In this document: positions 63,875 through 64,000 of the stretch, one piece after another
Layout of the letters: the number at the start of each line of letters is the position of its first letter
Position numbering within the stretch: position 1 is the stretch's first letter
NCBI GenBank assembly: GCA_977017645.1
Contig: OZ360242.1
Coordinates: 46,314,001 to 46,378,000 of the forward strand
Direction of reading: 5' to 3'
Source of the DNA: Torpedo marmorata
Lineage: Eukaryota
Length of the DNA: 64,000 nt
Position numbers and translations under genes: made by a program
Notes under the pieces: generated by a model
The model's input: the letters and a program-made list of their open reading frames with translations, nothing else
The model's database searches: none
Told to the model about the DNA's origin: nothing

Positions 63875-63955
63875 CTCGGAGGCCAAATCGATCTTGCAAG
63901 ACGCTCCAGCATGTTGCTTGCCATTGCTAAAATTCACAGAACTCTATGAGAAAAG
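63875..63955 (+). CDS. MARF1: MARF1 coding exon 12 (start of first LOTUS/OST-HTH); gene continues beyond the window
   Basis: (G)[28 protein letters not shown]|gtacag. Confidence 0.95.
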
Positions 63956-64000
63956 GTACAGATTGTAAATCGGGTTGTTAATGCACTACTTTTCTGTTTA

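Overview
Eukaryotic, repeat-rich vertebrate DNA. The V-SINE, CR1, Rex1 and Penelope repeat content points to a cartilaginous fish (shark, ray or skate), which is an inference. The window holds the head-to-head NDE1/MARF1 locus. On the minus strand are NDE1 coding exons at 9049-9134 and 7197-7350, with CpG-island first-exon candidates near 14.4 kb and 26.1 kb. On the plus strand is MARF1 (limkain-b1/KIAA0430), with a candidate non-coding exon 1 near 26.3 kb and 12 phase-consistent coding exons from 35566 to 63955 (N-terminus, NYN nuclease, RRM1, RRM2, start of the LOTUS region). Introns and the intergenic region are filled with nested CR1, L1-like, Rex1, RTE and Penelope retroelements, V-SINEs and Tc1/pogo and hAT DNA elements. 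Highlights: an intact DD35D pogo (Passer/POGK-like) transposon with a minisatellite-carrying non-autonomous partner; a palindromic hAT-type MITE built from two inverted SINE tails; Penelope-linked minimal hammerhead-like motifs with an altered core; a candidate alternative terminal exon that would truncate MARF1 after RRM1; and stacked uORFs in the MARF1 leader. All homology calls come from motif recognition by eye, not database searches. Boundaries of degraded repeats are approximate.
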